From Antedon mediterranea (taxonomy: Eukaryota; Animalia; Echinodermata), in NCBI RefSeq assembly GCF_964355755.1, contig NC_092677.1, forward strand, positions 4,796,101 through 4,860,100: 64,000 nucleotides of DNA. Reading direction: 5' to 3'. The translations under genes and the position numbers were made by a program. A model generated the notes under the pieces. That model did not search any database. It had not been told where the DNA came from and was given only the letters and a program-made list of their open reading frames with translations. Shown one piece after another: positions 45,044 to 58,249 of the stretch (position 1 is its first letter; each line of letters begins with the position of its first letter).

Positions 45044-46935
45044 GATTCTAATGTGTGTTAGACAAAATAACAAAAAAAAGAAATGAAGATAATAAGGATG
45101 AAATCTGATGATAATGGAGTCAACTGGAAAGAACCAGAAGATGTACAATTTGATTTGAAAGGCTTACCCATATATTTTATAAGTTAGTATAAGTTTATTT
45201 ATTTGTATTGAAGTTGATATTAAATATCTGAGTTGTACATCATGGTTTTGAATTATGAATTAGTCCTGTTAAGAACCATGGTGTGTGCCTCTATCTTAGT
45301 TTTTTCTGTTATTAATATTTTTCTAATGTCAGTACAAGTATTACTATTTAGATTATAAACCCATTTACTGATACCATACACAAGAAGCAACAATTAAAAC
45401 AACCAGTTTTACACAAATGTTTTATGTACTTACCAAAATACTGATTTGTTATAGGGGTTTTATTTGTTTAAAGTTTTTTAATAAACATTTGTATAAAGAA
45501 AATTTTTACTTTTATCTATCTTGTTACTTATTGAAAAATGTTAATATATATTTGTTTTACTTTATGTAGTAAACAGTATAAATGTACTACAGTAATTAAT
45601 GTGCAATTATATGAAATATGTATAAATTGTTTTTCAGGCCTTGGTCATGGGAAAATTGGCTGTTGCAGGAGTATGTAAGCTGAGGATATTGAGAGAATTA
45701 TAGAAAGTAATTTAATTAAGAAATCTTTTTAAAATTAAGGAGGTGCTCAAACATTTATTATGTACATAAAGGTGGTTGTTGTTGAAATGTGTAATTCAAC
45801 AACAACCACCTTGGGAGAACACACACAAGTAAGAAACTTGGAAATGCCCAGGGTTTCATTTCTAATTACAACATTTTAGTGCCACTGTGTCAAAAACCAG
45901 TATATGATTTGCTTATTAGGTTGTTGAATATGCAAATGATGATGTTTACATCAGCTGTTCATTGGAGGGACTGTTAAACAACGTTTCCATGTATACGGTG
46001 ATGGAGGATTTAAAGCGTTTGATGTCAAAACTGAGGATGCACAATTCCAGAGTGCCAGGTGTACTCAACAATTTTTTTTATTTGTGTCCCTTTTATAGTT
46101 TCATTATATCAATTAACGAGGCAGAGCTGAAATATAAAAAAAAATATTTTATATTCAACGAATGCAAATTATTCATAAATTCATATTGAATCATTGCTGA
46201 AGTATATGCCAGGATGCTAGGCCATTAAAAATGGCAGGGCTCCAATGCAGCGTTCTGGAACCATTGCAACATGTAACTTGATAACAAACTGCTTATGTAA
46301 TTGTTGTACACATTATAAGTTTAGATTTTATTTTCTATTCTAATATGAGATGTGGTTGTAATAATAAATCCTGATCAATTGTTTTTGTTATAATTTTGAA
46401 ACTGCTACCCCATATTCGTTAATAATCAATTCATCAACAAGCAAGAATTTGGTGAGAGATAGCACACAATAAACTCATTTTGCGATAAGATTTTCTTTTA
46501 GAGGTAATTTGATTTCCACGATGAAAATTCTGTTCTATTCTACATAATTTACCTGCATTTATTAGCGTGTGACCATAGTATCACACGGTTTGCCTTGTGT
46601 GTAATAAAATCGGGTTTTTTTGCTGAAATTATTATTATAGAGGATACGCGAAACAAGCATACCCCATAGTTACTTTAACATTATGTAATGATAATATCAT
46701 TTTATGTTATTTTGGATTACTGTATATTATTATCTAGGGTGGTATTGTACGCTTACCAACAAAGACAGATGGGTTCTACCAAATAGCAATGGCAAGTCAT
46801 GGAAATGAAACAAACAAGGATCTAACACTTTACTTAAGTGAAGATGGTTGTAAATCCTGGTGTCAGTTTCACGTTTTTATGGTTCAGATACAAAGGGTTA
46901 TAATATTGGAATGCAGTTGATATTTGGTAAATAAT
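45044..46935 (+). pseudogene. Gene B: decayed paralog of the last five sialidase-domain exons
   Basis: About 45044-45182 (ILMCVRQNN/fs/KIIRMKSDDNGVNWKEPEDVQFDLK), 45639-45675, 45810-45828 (LGEHTQ), 45920-46057, 46738-46935 (GGIVRLPTKTDGFYQIAMA..SEDGCKSW); frameshifts and deletions. Confidence 0.85.
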
Positions 46936-47734
46936 TAATTATGCCGGAAAAAAGACATTCAGAAAAAGTTCAATGCCTTTCCAAACCATGGGCACATTTT
47001 ATTATTTGACTTTTTTACGTTTTGCTTTATTTTGTCTTTGAATAATTCAGAATTTCCAGAAACTTTAAAACAAAAAATGTTGTTTTTCTGTAAATTCATT
47101 TATTCAACAAATTCACAGCAAATTGGATTATTTGCATTACAAAAATTGCACATACAGTATATAGAATATAAAACTTACTGCAAATAGTCTGGAAAGAATT
47201 ATTTAATTAACTTAAGTATAATATTTTGACCGTAGTATTAAAGTGGTGGTTAGGAAGCAAGTGTACTAATTAAATTACTTAGAAGTTTAGAATATATATT
47301 TTAAATTCCAAATTGTGAGAAAAAAGTCATACAAACATTTTAGACTTTAGATTTTGCTAATAAAGAAGTTAGCTGTCATTCGCGAATCACTATATTATGT
47401 GGTTTGTCTTTGAATAATTCAGAATTATTATGTGGTTGAGATATAAAGTAACTACATTATTTTATATCCTTTTTTGTTATTAGATTTTACCATTTTCTAT
47501 ATCTTTAGTGGGGTCCAACTTGTAACATTAGTATCATATATATTATGTAAGTAATGCATTAAGTAGTATAAGTACTATATTATTATAGTTTTTGAACATT
47601 CCTTTTCTTTTAATTCTCCTGTGCTCTGTAGTCTTGTTTGCCGTGTTGTAAATATTGATGTTCATGTCCCATTTATAAATCTTCTCCACTATTTTCATAC
47701 TTCAATCATTTCCATGATAATAATAATATTAATA

Positions 47735-48002
47735 AATAATAATAATAGTTCATTCTTATATAGCGCACATTATTACCCCGGTCATTTTTGGGGATCATAC
47801 ACGTATGTCAACATACTCTCATTATAATGCAGCTATAGTAATCAGCACAAAGTTGTGTCTTGATCCGGTACCCATTTTATACACCTGGGTGGAGAGAGGC
47901 AATGTGTCTTGCCTAAGGATACAAGGATACGGCGAGAGTTGGATTAGAACCATGATCTCACGATCAGGAATCCAACGTCCAACACACTGCGCCACACGCC
48001 CT
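47735..48002 (-). mobile_element. tRNA-derived SINE
   Basis: On - strand: A-box TGGCGCAGTGTG, B-box-like GGTTCTAATCC, central CCTCTCTCCACCCAGGTGTATAAAATGGGTACC, tail GTGCGCTATATAAGAA(TAT)n. Confidence 0.7.
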
Positions 48003-48507
48003 CACATAATGATGTCAACTTTTTCTGTTTTGGAGTGTTCGTGCTACATCGCCATACTATTTTGAACCGAACGTCATACGTTTTGCATAGTTCTTCGAAA
48101 TAATTAATTTACTTATTCAAAACATGAATTTCTATGTCACTGCAACAGTGATGAATACGCGCCGCAATCGGTTGACCACACCAAACCTTGTTGTATTCCG
48201 CCAAATGAGTAACTTCTGATAATGGCATGTTGGCCAACAGTAATTGTATAGGTACACATTCCGGTCATCGCATAATAATTTGACTTTATTTTTTTTAAAT
48301 GTCGCGTTAAAGTTGTATCATAATTTGTGATGAAGTCACAGACTACGTGAACATGAACCAAATAAAAAAAACGCCGCGAAGAAACAGTAGTCAAAATAAG
48401 CTCCGCGCTGAAAGAAAATGTAATTATCATTTACAGAATTAAACACGGAGTAAAACAAGTGTTTTTTAATTGATTAAAATACCTGTATTGTGCTTCTTTT
48501 CATAGTG

Positions 48508-49187
48508 CATTACACCTACATTTGTATTGTATTATGGCGTATATCACCAAATGGTAGAAAGAAGCAGCAGCGGCGACGGGAATAGCGTGTGTTTACACCT
48601 ACATTTGTATCGTATTATGGCATATCACCAAATGGTAGAAAGAAGCAGCAGCAGCGACGGTAATAGCGTGTGTTTACACCTACATTTGTATTCTATTATG
48701 GCGTATATCACCAAATGGTAGAAAGAAGCAGCAGCGGCGACGGCAATAGCGTGTGTTTACACCTACATTTGTATTCTATTATGGCGTATATCACCAAATG
48801 GTAGAAAGAAGCAGCAGCAGCGGCGACGGGAATAGCGTGTGTTTACACCTACATTTGTATTCTATTATGGCGTATATCACCAAATGGTAGAAAGACGCAG
48901 CAGCAGCGACGGTAATAGCGTGTGTTTACACCTACATTTGTATTCTATTATGGCGTATATCACCGAATGGTAGAAAGAAGCAGCAGCAGCGACGGTAATA
49001 GCGTGTCTTTATACCTACATTTGTATTCTATTATGGCGTATATCACCAAATGGTAGAAAGAAGCAGCAGCGGCGGCGGCGACGGTAATAGCGTGTCTTTA
49101 CACGTACATTTGTATTCTATTATGGCGTATATCACCGAATGGTAGAAAGAAGCAGCAGCGGCGGCGACGGTAATAGCGTATGTTTAC
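48508..49187. repeat. About 83-89-bp tandem repeat, about 8 copies, with variable (GCA/GCG)n core
   Basis: Repeated TACACCTACATTTGTATTCTATTATGGCGTATATCACCAAATGGTAGAAAGAAGCAGCAGCGGCGACGG. Confidence 0.95.
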
Positions 49188-50047
49188 TGCTTGCTCTGGA
49201 AAATTATGCAAAGAGGACAACACAGAAAAATTCTGAAAAAAAGGAACGTGATACGATGGGTCTTGTTTCCACAACATTACATGTTGATTACATATGCATG
49301 TTTCAGCAGTGAGAGGGTTTAATGATTCTGACGGTACTGTGTGTGGACGTGACTCTTTACCCTTCAGATATTTTAGAAAATGGTAGAGTTTGGTTCAATT
49401 GCTTATAATAGGAGGCCTATACTTAATGCCTATAATAACATTTCAATCCTAGTTGAAAGTTCAAAGTTAAAAATCTCTTATTGCAATCAATTGTGATTGA
49501 ATGTTACAATTTAATAAAACTTTTAAAACATTAAGATAAAAATTTACACTAAAACAGTTTTAATTAATGTATAATAATACATAAAAGCTATAATACATGC
49601 AAAAATTACAGCGCAACAAGACGACATTAAAATGTGTCGAATATTTAAACACTAATGAAAGTGGAATATAAAATGTCTCCTTATTCTACAACTGTTTTGA
49701 TCAATCATCACCTGATTTCGTCAACAGCTATTAGTATGGGCCTAGATGATAATAATATTAATAAGTAAGACTCTAAAGACACATATATCATAATTATAAC
49801 GCCAATAAACCAACTTTTTACGTTTGCTCTCAATTGCTATTGCATGCATGTAGGCATATACTTTTGTTTTCGTTATTAAAATATTACTCATAATTATACA
49901 AATTTTGATACTCATAGAAAGCAACTCACGCTCGTTTTCGTTTGTTTATCCATAGAGCAAGGTTACATTTCCTCTTAACTACCTACTACATTTTACATCT
50001 CTCTTTATTAATTAAATTGGTTTTTTTTTTCAGAATGGATTGGGAAT

Positions 50048-53000
50048 TTAGTTATAGAACTGTTTAGAATAATGTGGTTCAAAAAGAGCCTTTCTTTTTT
50101 GTGACATACTAGTAACACCAACACGTGACACGCCTGCTGCACTTGGTGAAATATGTCCTTTGTACTGGGGATTATGACATTCTATTTCAATCTTTCCTCC
50201 TCTTTTCTGAAAAAACAATAAACATTATTGATTATCTATTGTTACTGCAAACCAGATAAGCACTTAACAACCAATATTGTTTGGTTTATTGAGAAATATT
50301 ATAGGCCTAGAGAAATTAAAAATGTTTACCTCTAGTTTGCGAACTTCTTTTTGTGACATACTAGTAACGTGTTTATCTTTTTTTCTGTGTTGAAATCCTT
50401 GATACTGAGGATTTTTTACTTCTATTTCCTAGAAAAAATAATTGAGTTAAATCAAATGTTGCTGAATGTGTTAGGTGATACCCATAGTCTAGTCTGAAAG
50501 ATGATGTTTATTCCCCCATTTATTTTGAAATACATACTACTTTATTAGACGTAGGCTTGGTATATCCATCATCGTCTATATCGGAGTTTGCTGAGTCTTT
50601 CAGTCCTTGGTACTGAGGATTTGTGCATTCGACTTCTATCACTTCTTTTTCCTAAAACAAAATTAGTTGCTAGTTGTTAATTATAAAGGCAGGTATTATT
50701 AAACGTCTTATGTGGCAATGTTCAGTAATGTTATGATGACGTGCGGAAATTATTGTCCATTTAAAATGTTTAGTTGTATATTTGAAATACATACTATTTT
50801 AGATGTGGGTCTGACATAACTCTTAGCATCTATGCCAACATCAGAGTTTGCCAAAACTTGCAGATCTTTGTACTGATGGTGTTGACTTTCGTTTTCTCTT
50901 ACTTCTCTCTGTTAAACAATATATGTTGTTTGTTAGGCTTCCTAATCAGGTTTAATTTTGTATATTTTGTAATCTCGCGTAGAAAATACCTAAACAAAAT
51001 TTTGAGTTGACTTGATGAAAGTTATGAACTCGCAATTGAGAACTATGATTGCTTTCAACTCGCTCAACTTGTATTCATTTATTTAAATAGTTCACTTTGT
51101 ATTTTTTAAGGATCTACTATGGAATTTGATCTCTAAATATTAAGTTGTAATTGTTTATATTATTTATTCAATGCAGCTTATTCTTAATTGGTGTATCTTA
51201 TTATTTATAAGTTTGTTTTGTTTAAAAAAAATTAATTTGTACTACTTAGTTTTGTTATTTTAGTATTTTATAATAATGATGGAGTAAGAGCAGTTTTCTG
51301 TTTGGGCTCATGCCTATTACTTGCTCCTGGCAAGATGAAATGTAAAACATACTTTCAAGAACTTTTGCCGAATATATATTACTATTATTATTATTATTAT
51401 TATATCTCAAAATTGTAAAATTTTGAAAATAATAAAGTAGACATGTATCTTGTATTGTATCTTGTATTGTATTGTAACTACAAATACATTCTTCTAGCTA
51501 GGAAATAGTAACCATTTTCTTTGATTTCTCACTTTACCTTTAGGAATTAATAATGTTTAGTTTAAAATCATGACATTTTGTGATGCATACTATTTTTGAC
51601 GTAACTTTTTCTAGCTAGTGAACGATGAGGCTTTGATCAGTCATGTGGATATTGGAGAGACTATACGTTTAAATAGTGTCACTTGGGTATACTAAAATGT
51701 TTAACCTCTACCTCTCCTCCACACTCAACTAACTTTTGCGATACATGCTGTACTACTTTATTATACCTACAATGGGCCTCATATATCCCTCTTCATCTAT
51801 GGCGACATCAGAACTTGCCGAATCTTGCAGGCCTTGGAAATGTTGTGCGATTTCTCTTCCATCCCTCTGTTTAACAATAGTGTTTGTTAGTAAACGTTAA
51901 TGTTTGGTTTTATGTATCTCTTTATTAGAAATACAAAAAAATGACAAAAGTAAATGTGTATTGTCACACATGGATTTACTCGTTTTAGATCTCTTTTAAA
52001 ATGTCTTTACCTGTATTCTTGTTCTAGATCTTTCTTTATTTGACGTCCTGGTAACACCAGTCTCCACCATGGGTTTTTTCTCTTTGTAATCCCCAGCATT
52101 TGAAGACAATTGCAACACATCATACTGAGATTGTTGATATTTGGAAATAATTTCTTTTATTCGTCTAACCTTATGAAAGAGAAACAATAACTTATAACGG
52201 TAATTTATACCTGAATTATGTTTTAACTTAATATATTTTGTAACTGAAAAATACTTACATAAATATAACGGGTTAGTATGAACGTCGGAACAACGCATAG
52301 AATTGCCGTTATTGCTATTGTTATCACTACACTTATTGCATACGAACATCCACCTAAAAAGTACAATGTGAAATGTAGAAATAAGTCTCGGCATTTACTG
52401 GCAATGACCAGCACACTACACTATCGATATATAATATATACACCCTGATTCAAACCATCATCTGCATTAAAAACAATACTCTTGCAATGTTGTATAATCT
52501 TCTTCAGAACTACCAACATAAGCAATTTACATACAGCTTAATATACAATTACAATTACTATCGTTGGTTGGTATAAGACATATAAACCTGTAATGAGGCT
52601 TACTTTAACTAACCATGATGGCAAAGTAAAAATTAGATAGTGCTAAATTTATTACAGGATAATAATATATAAGTTAAATCATGTAGGCATTTTCTAAACT
52701 ACTGTAATTCCTTTTTGGTTAAATACACCTGATGCCATCTCTTTTATAGTCAAATTACCTGTGTTACAGTTCTCTAGAATCGCTGTATTGTTAAGTTTTT
52801 CATTCTCAGCATAACATGTAAGACTTGACTCGCATAACTCATCATTAGTCACTAAAGTTACTGAATGTTCTCCTTTTTTAATTACGTTTCCATCTTGCAA
52901 TATCAATATCGTTGATAGTTTGGGAAAGCCCTCAGCTGTACATGTTGCTAAACCATCATCAGGTTTAAATGTCACAGTGATTTCTAAACAAGTTTGAATA

Positions 53001-54939
53001 GAAATATAGCTACATTATTGTGGGACAACTATATGGAATTGGAAAAAAGTTATACCTGTTTTTATTCATTAAACTGCTTATTTAAACAACCTTAAAAAGC
53101 TTGCCAAAGTACATTTTGATTGGAAGGCGATTAAAATATCGGTGACTAAAATGCAAACAAACATTTTGATCTGAAGAATATAAGTTTCATGAAATGTATC
53201 AAAAGCTTTGAATTAATGCATAACACATGAATAGACATAATTATGTAACTTGTACATTTTACATACGATATATATCCAACTGTTTTCCTTTACTTGTTTT
53301 AGCATCCTCTCCTTTAAACTGATCACTTTCTGCTTTACATGTATATCTCCCACCATCTTCTTCAGTAGCTGATTTAATCTTAAGTACTGACTCTGTACTG
53401 TAATTTACAATCTCATATCTAGAAGGGTTGTTGGCATTGACTGTCTGTTCATCTTTATACCATGTTATGCCAGGAATAGGGTCTCCATCAGGTTTACTGC
53501 ATGTAAATGTTACTGTTTCACCTTTGAAGATGTTGGTTGCTGAAACACCGATAAGAGGTTGATCCAAGTCTGAGAAGACATAAGAAAGTAAATGTCACCA
53601 TCAAATATAAGTACAGTTGTAAAATCACAACTGGACAATGGTTGAGGATTCCTTACTCAATCAGAGATAATACAGCAAATAAGACAATAACATACCGTTT
53701 AACATTTTCTATATTTAAAAACCACATTTTTCCAGATTTTACACATTTTTTAAAGAAAATAACAGTCGTCTGCAAACATAAAAACTCTACCATCGAGGTT
53801 GTACAAAAAGCTTGTATTGTTAAACAAAAATAATCCTTATCAATCTTATTACCTAAACATATGATACTTGGAGGAAAATATTTGAATCGATACCAGACCA
53901 TGAAGAGTAGTCTCATATCCCTGTAAATGTATTTGAAAATCTAGATTAATTCACACCCGATCCATAATTGTTAATTAATTTGTAAGGTCTAGTAGTCCTA
54001 TTATAGGTTCACTTTACAGTTTGTTGCTTTTTTTTTTGTTTTAAATTATAAGGACACAGTTTTAGTTGCTGTATGTACTCACAATAAACAGTAAGAGTAG
54101 ATGGATCTGATTTTCTAACATCTCCATTTGCCTGTTGTATCTTACATTTAAAACGTCTTTGAGAATCATTTCTCACTGGCTGTTTGATCACTAGGTCAGC
54201 TCCCCCAGGTTTTGTCTGTAATCGGAAACGTCCATTTTCTGTCTTTTTATCATTTACAAAACCATTATTAATGGCTACTCCATCTTCATTTAGTTCATCC
54301 CATTGTATTAAAACTGGTGTAGTAGTAAATTGTGAATAATCACAAGTTATCACCACTTCAGCATCACCTTCCTTGGCTATCTGGTCAGACGTTGTCACCA
54401 ATTGACAATGTGCCTCTATAAATGAAAATGTACTTTAATACATTTACATTTATAGTTAACTGTTATAATAAATTCAGGTGGATGAAACGTCTATGCACCC
54501 AGAAAAGTAAAGCTTGAAACGTTAGGCATTGAAAAACAGACGTTAATGTGAAAATATATTGTGAACTGCACAGATCCGTTTCATTTTTTTTTAAAGAATA
54601 GGGCAACCACCCACTTTAAGACCCAGTTGTTGATCACAACTGATGTAATACAGTAATCTCATCATAACGGTAAAAACATATTTAAAGCATTTCAGATCAA
54701 TGATTGATGAATAAATTAATGTGCCTTGATGTTTATTTTGGTTTAAAAACAATATAAATTATAAAAAAATATTTTACCATACTAATGAACTATACTCGAA
54801 AAGTAGGCCTAGTAGTATTTGGTTGAAAAACATTTCAACTATAGGCCTATTTTACTAAAATTGAATATCTTTAGATTACAGTAACTCTTACCGACTAAAC
54901 AATGCAAAACACATAGTAGTATCAAGTGTAAATCCACAT
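50048..54939 (-). CDS. Gene C: type I membrane IgSF receptor (IgV-Ig-Ig-TM, tyrosine-motif tail); start exon uncertain
   Basis: Phase-consistent exons 54939-54892 (leader), 54415-54083, 53569-53267, 52983-52759, 52353-52259 (TM), 52169-52011, 51866-51771, 50908-50795, 50651-50538, 50428-50330, 50206-50048 (TAA); no internal stops. Confidence 0.85.
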
Positions 54940-55487
54940 CTGCAAAAACATGGTGAATAAAGTCTTTAAAAGTCAACATCTTAGTTTTTACATTAGAAAA
55001 TTTTGTAATTACGGGACTACTTTACCTCTTGCATCTCTTCTATACGCATAATAGTGGCAAGGGTAACTAAAACAGTAGGTATAATGTTTTTTTTTTGTTT
55101 CATTTTCGATTGTTACTATATAAATAGGCATAATCAATCAAATAATGGCAACTTTCATAAAACTCGCATTATAGTCTTAATTAGTAATTTGCAATTAGTT
55201 AGTGATACATTCAATAGATAATAGTGTTTCCCATTACCATAAAAAGAAACATTATGTGTAATGACATTTAAACCTATTTGAGTGTTAATCAAGGGTGGAT
55301 CTAAACCGGGGTTGGAGGAGGGGGGGGGGGTGGGATGGACGTGTGGCGATGTTGGTACACGGAATCCGGACCCAGCCCCCATCCCCTACATTTTAAAGGT
55401 GCCCTTTTTTAGACGCTCAATATTTTAATTATGTGACATAGGCCTATTTCGTTTCAAAGCAGACGAATAAAAAACATGTTATATAGA

Positions 55488-56963
55488 CTAGATGGTACGC
55501 TCGCTTCGCTCGCGTACCATCTAGGTCGTGCCCACAGATGGTTCTCGAATACATAGTAATTTCAGCGTTTAAAAAACTGGCGACTTCAAATGCACATGCA
55601 GGACAAAAAAACATGTTGTTTACAGGAACGAATAAATAGACGCGGTGATTTATGTAAAAAGGTAAAAACTAAAATTAGCACCCCGGCAATTACTTCCGAA
55701 AAAGAAGTTTGTCACAAAATAAGAAACAAACTGAATTTGTGTTTTGTATGTAACATTTGGGTTGAGGGATGGGGAAGAGGATGGATGCAAAGACGAACAA
55801 TTTTTAAATATATTCTTTATCGATTTAGTAACGAAATATGAATTGTTTTCATGTTTTACAAATAATATACCAGTAAACAAAGTAAAACATTGCGATTTAA
55901 TACTTTGTTGAAACTGTCACCGTCATAGTCGATTGAAATAGTACAGTACATGTAACGATACATCACTAATACGACGTTTATATTTTTTTGAAGTTACATG
56001 ATTACAAACGTTCAAAAGGAAATGTCAGTAATATATATATACCTCTATTCGGGGCAAATCGTAAATTCGCTTTAATCGTCAATAAATAATTATCTAACTC
56101 AACTTAATTAGTAGGCGTAATGGTCAAGTGTTTCATAGAGCCAATTATGCTACCCACTACCCAACTTGTATTTAAAATTAAGTTGTTCCTAACCACCAAA
56201 GTTGTTCTGCGTTTAGGGCATGTACTGATCATTCGTACTGTAGGCCTATCCTCCACTGGCTTTACAACGCTACTCATGCCAGTGAGGGGAGGGTGGGGGT
56301 GTTGGTGGTGGTTTAGCTGCAATAATAAAGTTGATTGTACATAATAGACGGCGACTGGAAAGGCTAGCTCATTATGCGTTAAAAAAAAGGATTCCACAGA
56401 TTGGGAAAAAATGTATCGAATTTCTGTTATGACTGTACAGTACTTGTCTTTACGACGCCTGAGGGAATAGACACTTGTGGAACAGAGATTGGAATGTTCC
56501 ATTTATCGCAGATCAAAACATTTGTATAAACGTATATTAAATCTATCAAAATAGTATTTTTTAAAGAAAATCGGCCTGTCTTCAACATTATGATGCTGTA
56601 CTCGAGCTGTTCAACCGGTTTTCAGCTATTAAAAACAATTATCGTAGGAGGAGATAGGAAAATGCGAAGCATCCTCGCATTATTGTCTGCGGGTATTTCT
56701 CAAGTTGGACATCCATTAGACAGTGTATACCACGACCACGAAACACCCCTATTTGGGGCAAATCGTTGAACCTAAATTCGTTTTAATTGTCAATAACTAT
56801 ACTATACTAATTATCTAACTCAATTTAATTAGTAAACATGGTTACATCAGATGGTTAAAATCAGTACCGAAAGTACGAATCAACTTTATATACCATCGAG
56901 TAAAAATTCTAGAAATAAACTGCGATTTATCGAATTTTGCCCTTACGTAAATTTATATATAGA
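55488..56963 (-). mobile_element. Non-autonomous Helitron, copy 1
   Basis: On - strand A|TCTATATATAAAT...CTAG|T with terminal hairpin CTAGATGGTACGC...GCGTACCATCTAG; no TSD. Confidence 0.8.
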
Positions 56964-58249
56964 TTTACTATCTTTATTATCTGCGACCTGCTGTGTTTGT
57001 AAAATAAAGGGCTATCTCAGCACTCCAAAGAGCAAGAAGATAAGATGCCTCAACTTGTTTAAATAAAGATCATGTGTTAAATTGATTTATAAATTCAAGT
57101 GTGATTGTAAGCAATTAACGATTTAACTGAATGCAAAATTTCAGTACAGAAATAGCTATGAGGAGAGGGGTAGGGTATTATTGTTTGTTATTTTATTAAT
57201 TGTATTTTGGCCTTAGTTTCTACCCACATACAGCATTACAAAGTTCGTATACCATGAGCAAATGAATTAGAATGATTTTCATTGGTCTGAATTTGATTAG
57301 GCACAGTGACTGTGACATAAGACTACTACTAGCCAATCACAAGGCATAATATATAAAATGTCGTTTATTAAAAAAAAATGTTATATTATTTTAAACACCT
57401 CTAAACACAACAATGACATGCATGGCAACCAATTATTTAATAGTCTAGCTTAACATAAATGTTAGCTTTTCCAAGTGTTCCTGAACATTAATAATTCAAA
57501 TCTAAACATTACATATTTCAATCTAAAAAAAACAAAACTACGGTTGTAGGAAAAGTAACTTTCTTTCATCATATTTTGAGGGAAAAAAACATTTTGAATT
57601 CAATAAAGCTATCGTGCATACTATGTTTATAATGGGTACGTTTCGATCGATGCTGATTCACGATTTGTTTTCCAGAGACATGTTTGTGTGCGTGTGTGTG
57701 TGTTTATTTGATTGGCAGCAGAGAATGATTAGACTGTTCATCCACCAGTCAAAGGTCCATGTACCATGTCCATTTACACAGTTTGAAACGTATAATCTAC
57801 ATTATTAGTCAAACGGTCTTGTTGGCACCAATAGATACTAATCACAACAGATGAACGTTTTTTTTTGTATCAATTGTATCGTTGGGAAAATGATAATGCT
57901 TAGTAGTCATAAAGTAAGTTCATTTTTGTAATATTTTTGTTGTTGTAATTTTCACATCGCATCAGTTAGAGAGGTTTAATGATATATGATAATATTGGTC
58001 TTGCTTGAAATTGTTAATAATGTGTGTCAATGTTAAGCTTACCCCATGGGTTAAGGCAGGAGTGCCACAAATCGGCACAGCTTCAAGACACTCCTCGACT
58101 GTTGTTCTGGTAATTGTTCTGGTCGTTATTGCAATACCAAAGTTTGTTTGTATTAAAAATTATTTTAAACAAATTATAAACCCCAGCAGGATTTTAAACA
58201 TGTAGGTAAAGCTAATACCTAAAGCAAAAAAATTATTCTTTGTCGCAAG

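Noticed and set aside
48508-49187. Repeat array as CRISPR or coding repeat (ORF 48527..48721)
   Set aside because: No unique spacers, and unit length is often not a multiple of 3, so frames break.
50048-52169. Canonical ITAM in gene C
   Set aside because: No YxxL/I-x(6-12)-YxxL/I pair; the second tyrosines are YxxP.
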